The position numbers and the translations under genes were made by a program. 64,000 bases of DNA. Origin: Amoebidium appalachense. Lineage: Eukaryota; Protista; Ichthyosporea. Of the stretch, positions 16,911 through 58,063 are shown in pieces. The stretch covers positions 5,294,310 through 5,358,309 of the forward strand of contig CAVNZM010000008.1 in NCBI GenBank assembly GCA_963693365.1. The letters are read 5' to 3'. Numbering within the stretch: the stretch's first letter is position 1; the number at the start of each line of letters is the position of its first letter. Below the pieces are notes generated by a model, which was not told the DNA's origin, searched no databases, and worked only from the letters and a program-made list of their open reading frames with translations.

Positions 16911-18111
16911 GGGGGGGGGGGGGGGGGGGGGGGGAGGGGGGGGGGGGGGGGAGGGGGAGGCCTAGGGGGAGGGGGAGGAAAGGAGAAGGAAGGTTTGCGT
17001 TTATTTTGTGCATGGCTATGTGTGTACGATGCTTGTCCCGCAAAGGGCAGATCTGAGTACAAGGCAAGTGTGGCCATTCCGCTGCAGCGTTCAATATTGT
17101 TGAACATGGAAAAAGCATGCAAAAGTTGGAAAACAAAAAGTTCTTGACCAGCCTCCTCCTGTAAGTACCTGTAATTACGCGTGTGCACACAAAGGTCGTG
17201 TTAAGATACTGTGTTGGTGTAAGGTGTGAGTGCGCTTTGCAGCATATCAGGTGCCCCAGCCCAGTCTCACGTTTGTGAGCAGTGCCACACGTACGTATGC
17301 ATCTGCGGCATTCAAAGTACGAAAGATCAAGTTGTGGATGTATACAGCGGGGCACCGTGACAATTGCTGTAGCTATGTCTACACACATGTGCGTGTGTCT
17401 ATGTTTTTGGCGTGACACGTAGACCCCCTCATTGTACTGCCGCGTGACAAGCCGTGAAAGTGACGAACGACACCCGGGCTATGTACCCGCCTCCGTGACG
17501 GCAGCCGTGCAAACTGACCAGATTGCTGTGATTGGCTACCTAAAAAACGGAGTTCGTGTCCGTCTTAAGCTAGGAGACTAATTTATTCAGAACCACCAAT
17601 CATCTGCCTTTTACAATCTTTACTTGTTTCAATGTTGAGTTATTGCTTGGAGAGGTTATTTTAACAGGTGTACTGTCACACACGTGAATGTCCTTTCTAT
17701 CTGGCTCACACGAACTTCGCTTCACCGTGAGCTCAACTGCTTGAGCCTGAGAGCTTCACTCAAAGGGCGGCCCAGTTCAAGCTGTATGTGTACACGTTAT
17801 TTTATATGTCTCTGTTAGTTATATAAAAAAAACACAGTTTACCTTGCCTCATTATTTTTTCTTCCCTATAACACCCATTCCCACCTCCGCCCATAACATA
17901 AATGCCCAGCCACCAGTAAGCAGGGGCAGTACTAATATAGTTAGTCTTCTAACATCTCAGACTTGGTCTTTGGTTCCCCAAAGGATTCTGTCCTCTCCAC
18001 ACTATGAACACCAACCAGTAACCTTACTTAGTACCCAGCATGCACCGGTTGATAGAATGCTTAGCTGTTTGTGGCCCACACGCACCGGGCCAGGAATCAT
18101 CACACGTGAGC

Positions 18112-18160
<49 letters not shown>

Positions 18161-19024
18161 CCCCCCCCCAATTTGCTCATTCCCTTTTCCTCACACGCGC
18201 CTAGCTGTTAGTAATGCCGAAGCACTGCTTTTATTGCATCCCCTTACCCGTTTTGAGGCTTCTGCATGAATGCTTCATTGCATTTTAAGGAATGGGAAAT
18301 TCCAAGTAAGAACATCAGGAGGTGGTGCTGTAATAATGGGAGATGATTGTATCAGTTATGAGGGTTCAGTTGCAGGCAAAGAGTACATGGCATAATGGCA
18401 CTGTGCGTTGGTGTGCGGCACATATAACAGGGCTTCTTTTATCTACTCAATGATTCTATTTCCCCAGCTAGTTTAAAGATTATTCAATGGAGAGATGCAT
18501 AGAGCAAAGCGGGTGACCTCATGAGTGTGTCTGTAGCTTAAAAGGATGGCTTAGATTGATCAAAGCCAACATATGTCCCAAGAATCATATAAGGCTATGG
18601 AAGGACTTGGAGGCCGCTGCATAGACGACCACTCTCGCATGTTAAATAACTAGACACAAAGGAAGATCTCGTCCATTTTTGTGAGTGGGAAGACGAAATA
18701 GCAACCAGATCTACAGGACACACGCTTTAATGAGGGAAGGCCAAGTGCCTAACGAACATCTGTGGGTCACACGTGGCTACCCTTGGCACGTTTGTACAGT
18801 TTTTTTCAAGAAAAATAACCTGACATCTGGGAGCTATCCGTCGGCACACACCACCTAACACTAGTACCTTTTGCACTCCCCTTCCCCCATAGCCCATCAT
18901 CACAACTACCACACACACATTATGATGCTATGTCAGTTTGCCTGTGGGTTTTTATACGTAGTCCTGCTTCTTCCTTTTATTTTCGCAGTTTGCACTCTGT
19001 AAGCACCGTTACCTCTGCCCCGAC

Positions 19025-19062
<38 letters not shown>

Positions 19063-19307
19063 CCTCCGAATAAAAGATAAATCACGAAATGGGAGAGGAA
19101 GAGGAATTGGGGATGGAGATGGGAGGGGGAGAGGGTGCGCTAGGGTTTTATGGGGGGGCAAAGAAATTCACACACAAGAGAAAAACTAATTTGAAGTTGC
19201 AAGGAAGTATTTGGTTAGGTTGGTTGTGTGGTGTCTGCTTGTGAATTTTTCATGTGTTTGGTTGTCGTATATGTAAATATGTACTTATGTATCTGTGTGT
19301 GTTTTGT

Positions 19308-19372
<65 letters not shown>

Positions 19373-19472
19373 GGGGGGGGGGGATGGGGGCGGGCGGAAA
19401 GAGACGGAGAGAGCAATTGGGGGTGGAGAGGGAGCAGGTGTGAAGGGCAGGGAGGAGGGGGTGCGGGGTTAG

Positions 19473-47328
<27,856 letters not shown>

Positions 47329-47529
47329 CTTCATTTAAGCCCGTGGCCTGAAAAGAACCGATGATGTGTGAGCCTTTTGGGTCGGAGTAATATATACCGA
47401 GCTGCAAATACGGAATTTTCGTTGACATCGTGTTTGCTATTACGGCATTCAACTAGGTTCGAGTGTCATTATTGACAAAGGAAGCAATGGTCTGTCACTG
47501 AAAGTGGGTGCTGACTGATACTGAAGGTC

Positions 47530-47583
<54 letters not shown>

Positions 47584-48256
47584 GGGAGGGGGGGAGGGGG
47601 GGGGGGGGAGGGGGGGGGGGGGGCTATATCGATGACTGTGTTTTAAAATTTGATCATTGTCAAGGATGATTGCTGCAGCCGAGAGGGATTATTGAATGAA
47701 CTGGGAAGGTGGTTGAATGCTCATGGTGCGCTATTAGTGTTTGGTTTGCAGATTCATGCAGTGGTGCTGTTTAACGGAGATAACGTGCCTCATACTTTGT
47801 ATCGTCGGGAATGACAAGAGAACTTCCTGTTCTGCCAAGATATAAAATAGCTTTTATCTCAATCAAGGGCTTTTTAAGCTTAAATCTAAACATTTGAAAT
47901 ACGGCATTTAACGGGTGCATGTATTATTAAACCAGGCAAATTCCATGTGAAGGACTCAAGAGTCTCAAATGCTGTCGTGTATAATATGTATAGGTTTATA
48001 TGAATTATGTAGGTTAATGCGTATACAAATCTCAGGGAAATATAATGGCATACACGTGTTGGTCGCGTGCATGTGCTAATAGAGGACCACACCATATGTA
48101 ATTTAAGCACACAACAATTGCCCATGTACAGTGTAAATATGTAAAAACGTTCAATATACCCGTACGCGTGTTTTCAAACAGTGATTTCTAAGGAGCAGTG
48201 AGCACGTGCACGCGTGTTGCTACACTTGCAAATATTAGCTGCGCCCCCCCCCCCCC

Positions 48257-48287
<31 letters not shown>

Positions 48288-49357
48288 ACCAACACATCCA
48301 CCGCGGTACCCGTGACCCAGTGGCACACGTGACCCCCTATTTTCCCGCTACCTACGTCGTAGGATTCTTTCCGATAATCAGATACGTGCACACATTATGC
48401 ATATGCTGTATACTGGATGGCGATTGCTGGCAGGATCATGGGCTTTGTACATGTGGGGCTGGGAAGTGTCAGCCTTGGTACCTCACCCTGCAGAAGTTGT
48501 GACCGGTGAGCGTCTGGTGTTCCCACGTGTCTGCCAATTCACTGACGACGTCAGCGGGTCGAGTTCACATGTACAAACATATGTGTGCACATATGGTTTC
48601 CAGTCATGCAGGGGATCCGTCACAGTTTTTGTGTATGTATTGCTACAGGGGCACGGACCCAAGGCCGGCCACGGCTATTTTAGTACATAATTACGTGCCT
48701 GCTTTTTGCTGCAAGCCAATCGGGTGATGCTAGACTATGTACAAATACGGCAATGACAAAATATGGTCAATATGCGTCGCTCGCCCATATATGGGCATAC
48801 ACTGCCCGATCCTATTGGTACCCCTGTGTGCAGGCACGAACTGAAGACAGACCTTATCGTAAGGAGTGCAGGTGATGGCGGTGGGGCGCACGTGCGCACG
48901 CGCGTTCATGTGTGTGTGTGTGTGTGTGTGTTGGTGTGTGTGCGTATGTGCAGCACCATGCGAGTTACCTAACCATACCTCTCGCTATTCCCGCCTTGCC
49001 TTCCTAATCTCCAGCGTTGGCATGTTTCCTGCCATATTCTACATACTTTCCTAAGTACAAATCGCCACCAACCAACACTTCCTGCACCCAATCAAACACA
49101 AAACATACGGTACTCAACTACGAAAACCACCCCCAAAAACCGACCAACCAACCGGGCAAAAAAAAATAAAAAAATAAAAAAATAAAAAAAATAAAAAAGT
49201 CGGGAAAAAAAATTGATGTGAAAGGAAAGTGATCGAAGTGAAAATGAAGTCGTCACAAAACAAAGAAGCGAAAGCTCTTATATACCTGCCATGATGAAAA
49301 GTCGGAAAAAAAAAAAAAAAAACACCCAAACGCAGATACACCCATACAACCACCACA

Positions 49358-50364
49358 TCAGTGCCTTGGTAGTGGACCCAGAGGGGGTGTATCCGTTTGT
49401 CCCTCCTTCTCCTCGCCGACATCCACCAAAAACCGCGTGTAAATCACCTTCGGCCTCGGGTCGGGAACCGTCGTCGGCACGTTTCTCATAACGTAAGGCT
49501 CCTCCAACCTCTCCCCAGCCGCCGTCACCACACTACCAGTGCTCGTCTTGCGCAGCTGCTGCGCAGGGTGCGGCCCATCGTCGTTCTGATTGGGTACCGA
49601 TAACCGATCAGGAGCGTCATTGGAGTTCTGGGATGGCCTGGAACCTTCTGTTGATGTGGACGGGGTAGGGAGCGCGCTGGAGGTTGAGGGGGGGTTTGGG
49701 GGCGGCACGGCGCTAACACGTGGCGTGTGGTGGCCGCCGTCAGAGTATTCGCTGCTGAAAAGAATGAACTTCTGCTGTTTCTCAAGCACGTGCACGAGAC
49801 CGAACAATGTCTTGTACACGCTGCGAACGTCGTCGTTCGCGCGCGAGATGCATGCGTCGCTGTTTCTCCTCACGTCATCCCACAACACTTCCATATCGTC
49901 GAGCTGAACAAACGTCGCAAGTTCCTGTTGCGCGGTCTTGAGGAAGTGCACATGCTGTTTTTGGATGTAGCTGTACACGGCGTCGGCGTATCGCGCTGTC
50001 GTCACGAAGGCCTTGTCGACCATGCGCATCGCCACGTTGATCTGCCTCATGTTGCACGTGCGGTGGTCGCAGTGCCGCTGCATGAGCAGACCCGCGTCCT
50101 TGGTGACTTGGTCCTTGCGCGCGAGCAGCCCTGTGTGTGTGTACGTGTACGTGTACGTGTACGTGTGTGTGTGTGTGTGTGTGTGTACGTGTACGTGTGT
50201 GTGTGTGTACGTGCATGTGTGTACGTGTACGTGTGGGTGTGTGTGTGCCGGGGGGGCGCGGGGAGAGGTGGGGGGAAGGAGAATAATGTTAGTTTTTGCC
50301 GAAGAGGGGGGGAAGGGGGGGGGAGGGGTGAAAGTATTTGGCTCGTGTGCTTTGGGCAGTAAAC

Positions 50365-50405
<41 letters not shown>

Positions 50406-50784
50406 CATGCGCGCACGTGCTCCGGGCTGTAGGTGGCAACCCGAAGTCCTTCAACCAGTTCGCACATACACGTGCATGCCTGTGCTTGCAGCTGGTGCCA
50501 AAGTCCGCTAAACATGCATGACCCTCAGAATGGATGGATGCGATGTGAAATCTGCTCGTCCGTGTGTGTATGTAGAGTGCATGTTTTTGTGTGTGGGTGT
50601 GTGTGTGTGTGTGCATAAATTGTCTGCGAGTGCTTGTGTGCGTCCTCGAATGCTAGTGTGTGTACGTGTCTACTTCATGTGTGTGTGTGTGCATGTGTGT
50701 GTGTGTGTGTGCGCGCGCGCGAGGGTGTTTATGTGGACAAATGAAGCTATGTACGTCGTTGTGTGGGTGTGCATGCATGCATGC

Positions 50785-50841
<57 letters not shown>

Positions 50842-52236
50842 CTGTGTGTGCATGTGCATGCGCATATCTGGGTGTTTGCGCCAGTGGGTGAGTGCAAGAT
50901 AGATAACTAATCAAGGGTCTGCATTTTGAAATGACATGCCACCCCACACACATGCACATCCACGCAACAAAAACACAGATTCGCAGAGGTGCTATCAACT
51001 ACAGCACAACAGTTGAATGTGCGTGCTGGGGTTGAAAGAGCAGGGGAGGGATCGGTGTGGGAGGGGGCGAAAGGGTGTGTCATGTTTTTTGTGAGCGCGT
51101 GTGCGCACTTAGACATGTTAGGAGTGCACGTATGCATCTGTCTGCAACTAAAGCGTGTTTGTCTGCGCAGTGGTTTGTGTGCATGTACGTGCAATCTTTT
51201 TCCTGCCCGCCTACTCGTCCACGCGTGTGTGCCTACACACCTGCTTACTCCCAGTCCACGTGAGTGCATGTGCGTAACCTCGTGTGTGTGTGTACATGTG
51301 GGCATACACATGTCCGTGTGTCGTTGTGTATCCCGTGAGAAGGATGTACACGATTGTTTCCCAGCACGTACAAGAGTGCCCGTGCATGAGTTAATATATT
51401 CGTGTGTGCTCGCTGTTGTGTGTATGGGTGTGTGTGCATGCATGCATGCATGTGTGTGTGTGTGGGCGTGCACGCACGAATGTGTGTGTATATGTGCACG
51501 TGTGGGTATTTGCGCATGCTAGTGCATGAGCACGTGCAGCATGTGTGTACATACATACACGAGTGTGTACATGTATGTGTGCATTCGTGCGCTTGCACCT
51601 GTGCTCCCACGTGTACCTTCATGTGTTCATGTATACAGCATAGGGGTGTCCCCATACCTGCAAGGTGTTTCTCGTTCTCCCCAGCCAGCTTGACCAGTTT
51701 ATCCGTGTAAGCCCTCAACCTTTCCTTCTGTACCGCAACCATCGCCTCCTTATCCTCCTTGCTCGACCTCTTTCGCATGTGCCCGTGCCCGCCCGAAACC
51801 ACCGCGCTATCGCTTTTTCGCCTAAATTTACCAAGTGAAACCGACGAGCCGGTATTGAAAAACCCTAAACTGTATCGTTTTGGTTGCGAATCAGGCGTGG
51901 ACGCACTCCGTTGCGCCGGCGCAAGGTTAGCGGAATCGGTGCTACTTGCACTGCGCGCACTTTGCGTGCTACCCTTTCTACTGGGTGCTTCGATTATCCG
52001 GCGACCCACGGCGCCTATCGAGTGGAATAGGTTCCCCCTGGAGCTCGTACTGTCCCCCTCAGACATGGATTTCGGCGGGTTTTGGGGCCTCGTATCTGAC
52101 ATTGGGGGGGTCGTATTTGGGGGGGTTTCTGTGTGAGGGCCGCTGTGGAACGCAACACGGGTTGCCTGCAACCACACGGTTTCTTATGAGTGTTTTGAAA
52201 AAAAAAAAAAATTGCAGATGAATGTTGAAAAAAACC

Positions 52237-52281
<45 letters not shown>

Positions 52282-52378
52282 AAAAAAAAAAAAAAGATGG
52301 ACCGAAAGATAGAGAGCCAGAGAGTGTATGTGTGTGCTCGTGTGTGCATGTGCACGAGTATGAAAAAGTGTGTGCATG

Positions 52379-52452
<74 letters not shown>

Positions 52453-52860
52453 CAGGGGGTCCGGGACAGCTGCATCGAAAATGTGACCAGCAGCCGAAAG
52501 CATGCCTGGTAACTTCAGCTTAACAGGCTTTGTACAAACAGCTAGCGAAGAATAACGAGGAGGAACATTTTATACCTTTTCAAGCTTGTGCACAGAGTTG
52601 TTTGAAGTGCAACTAACCAGCGTAGAGAGTGCACGGATATTAAAGGAGCACGGGAACTACAGGGAAGAAAAGAGCAACTTACAGGAGGAATGCACAACAA
52701 CGGGGCACGCGTAAACATGAACACACCAAGCACGCGCCCATGCTACACTTGCCATAACAGGCCCATTTACACGCCTAAATGCGCCGAAACCTGTGTACCT
52801 AGGGGGACAAGCACGCACACACGCGCACGCAAAAACACCCGTATAACAACAGAGCAACTT

Positions 52861-52921
<61 letters not shown>

Positions 52922-53591
52922 CCCTAGGCTACTGCCCCCTTCAAGTCTCTTTTTCATTCCCCCCCCCCCCCCTCCAAACCCCCCCCCCCCCCCTCCTCCC
53001 TCGCTCGTGCATCAAATGTTCACACACCTGGGGGCTGGTGTCCGAGACCAAGTCCTCCAACGGGCCCCTATCAAGGCCCAGCAAGTAATCGGGCCGGTTC
53101 GGGCCAGCGGACATAGCCCTCCGCTCCTGAGAAAGTTCAGGCTGTGGGGAGGCCCTGCCCACAGGCAACTGAGTAGACGCCCGTCTGGCCGTTTTTCTTT
53201 CCCCAAGTTCGCCGGGGGAATACCGGCCCGTGCTTCGCGGGCTGGAGGGGCCTGGTTGTAGAGTGTCTGACTGTGTGCGAGCATTCTGCAGGGCTTGCTG
53301 GGTGGAAGAGGGGGAAAGACGCGGGGACACACGAGGACTCACCCCCTTCCAGTTCTGAAACGTCGACATGTCCGGGGGTTTATCTGGCGTGGAAACGGCT
53401 ACCGATTCAGCGGACCCCTCCGAGATGCTATCACTGCGCGTGTTCACATATTTGGAGGTGGGAAGAGCAGTGCGCTCGAGCGAGGGTTGAGGGGTGGGCA
53501 GCACAAAACGAAGGCTGGGAAGGATGCCTACCCCCTGACCCCTCAGCCCCTCCTCTCTCAACCTGTCGCCTGAGGTCTCCAGCGTACACAT
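49358..53591 (-). CDS. Uncharacterised protein, at least 3 exons (53591-53028, 52165-51658, 50130-49358): Ser/Pro-rich N-terminus, helical central domain
   Basis: Three long non-repetitive frames joined in phase by GT-AG sites (..DTSPQ|ATRV..KHLA|GLLARK..). No family recognised; small extra exons are possible and the start is uncertain. Confidence 0.65.
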
Positions 53592-55586
53592 TGAGTCAGA
53601 AGGGCAGGCAAATTCTGCGCATAGAGACGGATTGTTTTGCGCTTAGAAAACGGGTATGCTAGAGACCATGGTTTGAAGGTATGGTGTTTTAGCTGGCTTG
53701 TTTTGACTATCTCAAATTCGCATTAAACTAAGTAGATGTATAGTGCAACGGTATAAAATGGTCAAATATCGACTCTTGTGTGATGTATGTGGTGTAGTGT
53801 ATGGAGAAGTATTGGCCTCTTTCGTATTCATAAGAAAAGCAAAGGCTTATTACGCGCGAACAAACCCGGTCTGCATGTGACAGTGGCTCAACACCTGCAA
53901 GTATTGAAGTACAAATAAGAAAGTTTATGGTATTTGCCCATTTTTGTTAAACTGCACGGTCCCCTTTTGCACTAAACAAGAAAATCCTTCAGTAGCTTTC
54001 ACCTCATATACATGTTCTCTTTCTTTTCCTTGTTCGAACTTTGTTCACAGTAAAAAAACTCACGAAGTCCTTGTCTGGACCTTTCTGAAAAGCCATCGGC
54101 TTGGCGTGATGATAGGCAGTGGGCACCATCTGGAATTTTTGAATTTTCAAACGAGATACACTCATTCGGGATGTGTCACAAGCCCATATTTATTCATAGA
54201 GTATAATTTACGTATAATTTTGTTGATGCATGGTTGTGGATTGCTAATAGTAAGCTTGTTATCAAACATTTTTAATTATTGTGTCATATATAAATGTAAC
54301 AAATAAGTAATTGGCATGCGTGCAGCCCCAGCAACGTCTTGCAACTTGAATAATATATATTAACTCCTCAGTAGACTGAATTTGTTGAAAATATTGTTTC
54401 CGAATAGGTTTGCAAAAGCCTCTCTGTCTGTACTCGCCCGGCCGCAGCCGCAGGTGAGCCCAAGCTGAGCCCGCATGCCGCAGAAGATCAAATTGTGAAA
54501 CGGATAGCCAGCCGTAATGAAGACCTTATCTTTATAATTGAAATTATTAAGAGAAATATAATGGTTCTAGTGCACATCTCTAGACCATTGGTACAGTGTA
54601 CATGTTGTAGTTTTCTGACCTGAAGTTCTCAGCGAGCAGGGCATAAAGGGTGCCTCCAAAAAAGAAACTGATGCCGGACCAATCGCTACATCACTGTGAA
54701 CAAGACCATTATAGCACTGATCCTTCGCCAATCATTTCAAGCATACAGACTACCCATCGTCGTGATAAGATACCACAAAATTTCTGGACTTGTCAACCTG
54801 CGAAAAAAGTGTCACACAAAAAACCTAAACGCAAAAAGGGTAACTTGGAATAAAAAATTATTAAAAAAAGATATATCAACCAGATCAAAAATGTATTAAA
54901 AAGCGTGTGTTCTTTCGTTCTTGTTAATGATCAAATTAATCCAGCCAACCACACCGATAGGCTCATCTCGAAGAATAGCCGATGCTGATGAAACGGCTAC
55001 ACAGGTGCATGATCCCGTATGAGGATGGCCCAATCAGGTTGGGGCACACAAGATGTCGTCGGAGAGCTGGTCTGCCGGCAACGTTCAACTGTATGCTGCG
55101 GGCACCGTCGTGTGTGCACGTGTTTGGCCGTCGCAGGCTGGTGGTAAGGTGGATCAGGTGGAAATAGTTGGGTGGCAAAAACTAAGTGCACATGTGGCCC
55201 AAAATCTCAGTGTGTCGAAATCTAATCAAGATTACCGCATGATCGTGGTTGTTACTGGTATGTGCAGGTACATATACTGTGTTTGCATAACACATGTACA
55301 TGGTTTGATCCGGACACGGAAGTAGCTATAGCTACATAAATGAATATGGCCCGGGTACCATATCAGGAGCGGGTAATTTTTGAATTCTCCCTCCCCGGCC
55401 CCGCCAGGGAAAATTTGAGGTTTTTGGACCTCAAAGAAGTCAAAATTTGCAAAATCCACTACCGGGAGGCCAAAAAGGGTGATTTCACAAAAAAGGAGGT
55501 GTTTTTTGGGATAGGCTGCGGGGGCGGGGGCGGAGGGAGGGGGGGATTGGTGTAGGTGTTTCCGGGGGGCGGGGAGGGGGGTGGTG

Positions 55587-55619
<33 letters not shown>

Positions 55620-55625
55620 ATATAC

Positions 55626-55798
55626 GGGTTGAAACGAGGCCACTGCAGCAGGGTGGATAAGTGGCCTAGGGTTTGGATACACGGCACCACATCCAGCCCC
55701 AGCTGGTGCGCATATGTGTCTACCTCCTGTAGCTCATGGCTGCTATAGCGCCCCCTCTGGTATCCAAACACACCCTCCCCTGATACCTCGTAGGTGTC
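55626..55798 (-). pseudogene. Isolated exon of a GH20 beta-N-acetylhexosaminidase (HEXDC-like)
   Basis: DTYEVSGEGVFGYQRGRYSSHELQEVDTYAHQLGLDVVPCIQTLGHLSTLLQW after a tcctatcAG acceptor. No downstream catalytic HIGxDE exon was seen. Confidence 0.7.
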
Positions 55799-55842
55799 CT
55801 GATAGGAAATTAAAGGGTGTGAGATGTATGATGGTGGTGGTG

Positions 55843-55874
<32 letters not shown>

Positions 55875-56880
55875 GCGTGGGGATGAGGGAGGAGGAGGGA
55901 GGAGGGGGGGGGGGGGGGGGAAGAGGCAGAGAAAGAGAGGGAGGTGTGTACCGGAGATGATGGGATATGAAGTGTGAAGGGGAGGGATAATGGAGGAGGG
56001 GGAGGGGGGGAGGGGGGGCAGCTTGAGCGGGAGAGAGTGGAAGGGGGAAAGAGGGAGTTGGTGGGGGAGGGGGGGAACGAGAGTGTGTGGGAAACAGCAG
56101 GAAAGAAAGAGGGAATAAGAAAGCGGGGTTGGGGGGAAATGGAAACGGGAGGGAGGGAGGGAAGGGGAGGTAGGCTAGAGAGAAAGAGAGCACGTGAGAG
56201 ACAAAGTAAGAAAAAAGAGAAAGAAAGAAGAGACAGTGTGAGCGAGAGGTGAGCGATGCAGGGAGTAGGCACAAGTATGTGTTGGCGCCGCAAGGAATCC
56301 ACCCCCTTTCTCTCCACCTTTACCAACTGTCTTACCCCCACAGCAAATCAGCACAAGCCCTACTCCAATTTACCATCTACGTTCACACCGAAAAAATGAC
56401 CAAAAAAAAAAAAAAGGTAATTTAGTGGTTAACGAGGGGATTATGCGGAAACCTCCAACACCACCACCTCCCCTCATAAACCTCTCACCCTTCCCTCCCG
56501 TTTCATCTTCTCGCACCTACAAATAACAACACACAACGAGTAGAGGAACCAAACAAAGATTTGACAAGCAGAGGGTGGTCAGTGCATTGTCTATAAAAGG
56601 TGGGGACGATTAATTGTCCCCATTCCAGCACTTCCGGGTCAACCCAATTGTTCAGCATATAAATCATGATATGAGCTGCAATCTTCTTTCTAACGCTTTA
56701 TTATTATTATTCCCTTCTTTTTCTCTTTTTTTTCCCTCTTCTTTTTCTCTTTTGTTGTATTATGGAGTATCTCAGCTTGCTGCCGGCAAAACGATGGTGC
56801 GCAGCCGATGCGCAACACGCTAATCACACAGCTAGAATCCACTTTGACCCGGCCTGGCCCGAAATGCTAAAAGAAATCAA

Positions 56881-57814
56881 GAGTCATATACCGAGGTCAG
56901 CTGCCGAAATCAGAGTTCACAGGCCGAGTCGGGTGGGTTCATGACCGACGCACCGAAGGTGCGGAGGTCATGAACCCACCCGACGAGGCCTGTGAACTCT
57001 GATGGAGGCAAGCTGACCGAGGTAAATATGACTCGGTTTGTACGCGAGAACTCGCTTAGTCTACTGTATTTATTTGCATAATCCAGAACCAGTCTGGTTT
57101 ACATAGTCACTAAAAATATTATTTGTGAAGTATTGTATATTTAATTTTTCTTATTATCCTGCTGGGTTTCAAAAGGCTGATTTACATAAATATTGATGTT
57201 TCCATGTACGGTGGCACCCCGGAAAAAATCCTGCAGTGCTGCATTCATTGATGTTTGATTGGTAGTTCTTTTCTCGATTTGATTGGTTGTCTGTGGAATG
57301 CAAACATTCGTGTGATTGGTCACCGGGGCAAGTACACGTGTACCTCCTGCACTGTCAACTGTGATGGTTCGATTTGTTGCTCCTGTATTTTGTCAACGCC
57401 CTGCTTTTGGTCGGCAGATTTCAGAATTTTGTTGGTAACGTCTTCGGAGAGGACGATTGGGGCGGCGCGCTTCTGAGCCATTGTGGTGTTGTGGTGTGAG
57501 AAAGGAATTTGAGTGCTCGTAATTCTTATGATGCAGACTGAATGCCATTTTGCCCCTTTATATGCTACCTTCCGAAACACGCCGTGGTGATTTGCGGATC
57601 AGTTTTTAACATGTTCTCGATTGTGATTGGACAATCTCAACGCAGTCGAGCGGGTATATAAAGCGCAAACACAGTCAGTTTGTCAGTTTGGACACATCGC
57701 CAATAGTCTAGTGCGATGGGTTTTTAGAAAATTTGTCGAGGTCGCATGGAAACCGGGAGGATGGGGGGAAACCAGCTGGTTTCTACCCACCCTCCCTGGT
57801 TTCCATGCGACCTC
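56881..57814 (-). mobile_element. Putative non-autonomous Crypton-like element bounded by two long hairpins
   Basis: 154-nt hairpin (56881-57034) and 77-nt hairpin (57738-57814) enclose a small spliced ORF. The family assignment is inference; no recombinase domain is present. Confidence 0.45.
57141..57481 (-). CDS. Small spliced ORF, 95 aa (57481-57344, 57290-57141)
   Basis: ATG at 57481; a 53-nt GT-AG intron joins MAQKRAAPIVLSEDV..TVQE to TTNQ..FFRGATVHGNINIYVN..KKN* in frame; TATAAA on the minus strand ~75 nt upstream. Confidence 0.5.
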
Positions 57815-57920
57815 ATCTGAATAAACTGAAGTTCATTTAGCAACCTCCCAATACATGAACCCCACGACCAAGCGTACAAACCCCCTTTAATTGTGTTCCA
57901 CGCTATGGGACTTCCTTTTA

Positions 57921-58029
57921 GGGCCTGTTTGGCAACGCGGAGTTAGCGGCCATACTCCGGAGTAAGATCGATTTTGGAGTTAGGGCTAAAGCGGATTTTC
58001 TGAAATCCGCGATGCCAAACAGACGGCCC
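57921..58029. mobile_element. Degenerate Tourist/PIF-Harbinger-like MITE
   Basis: tta|GGGCCTGTTTGGCA left end; inverted match ctgtttggcaacgcgga / tccgcgatgccaaacag (16/17). The right end and target-site duplication are imperfect. Confidence 0.4.
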
Positions 58030-58063
58030 AATCTGGCCTGTGTACGCCGGGTTTCAAACCCCT

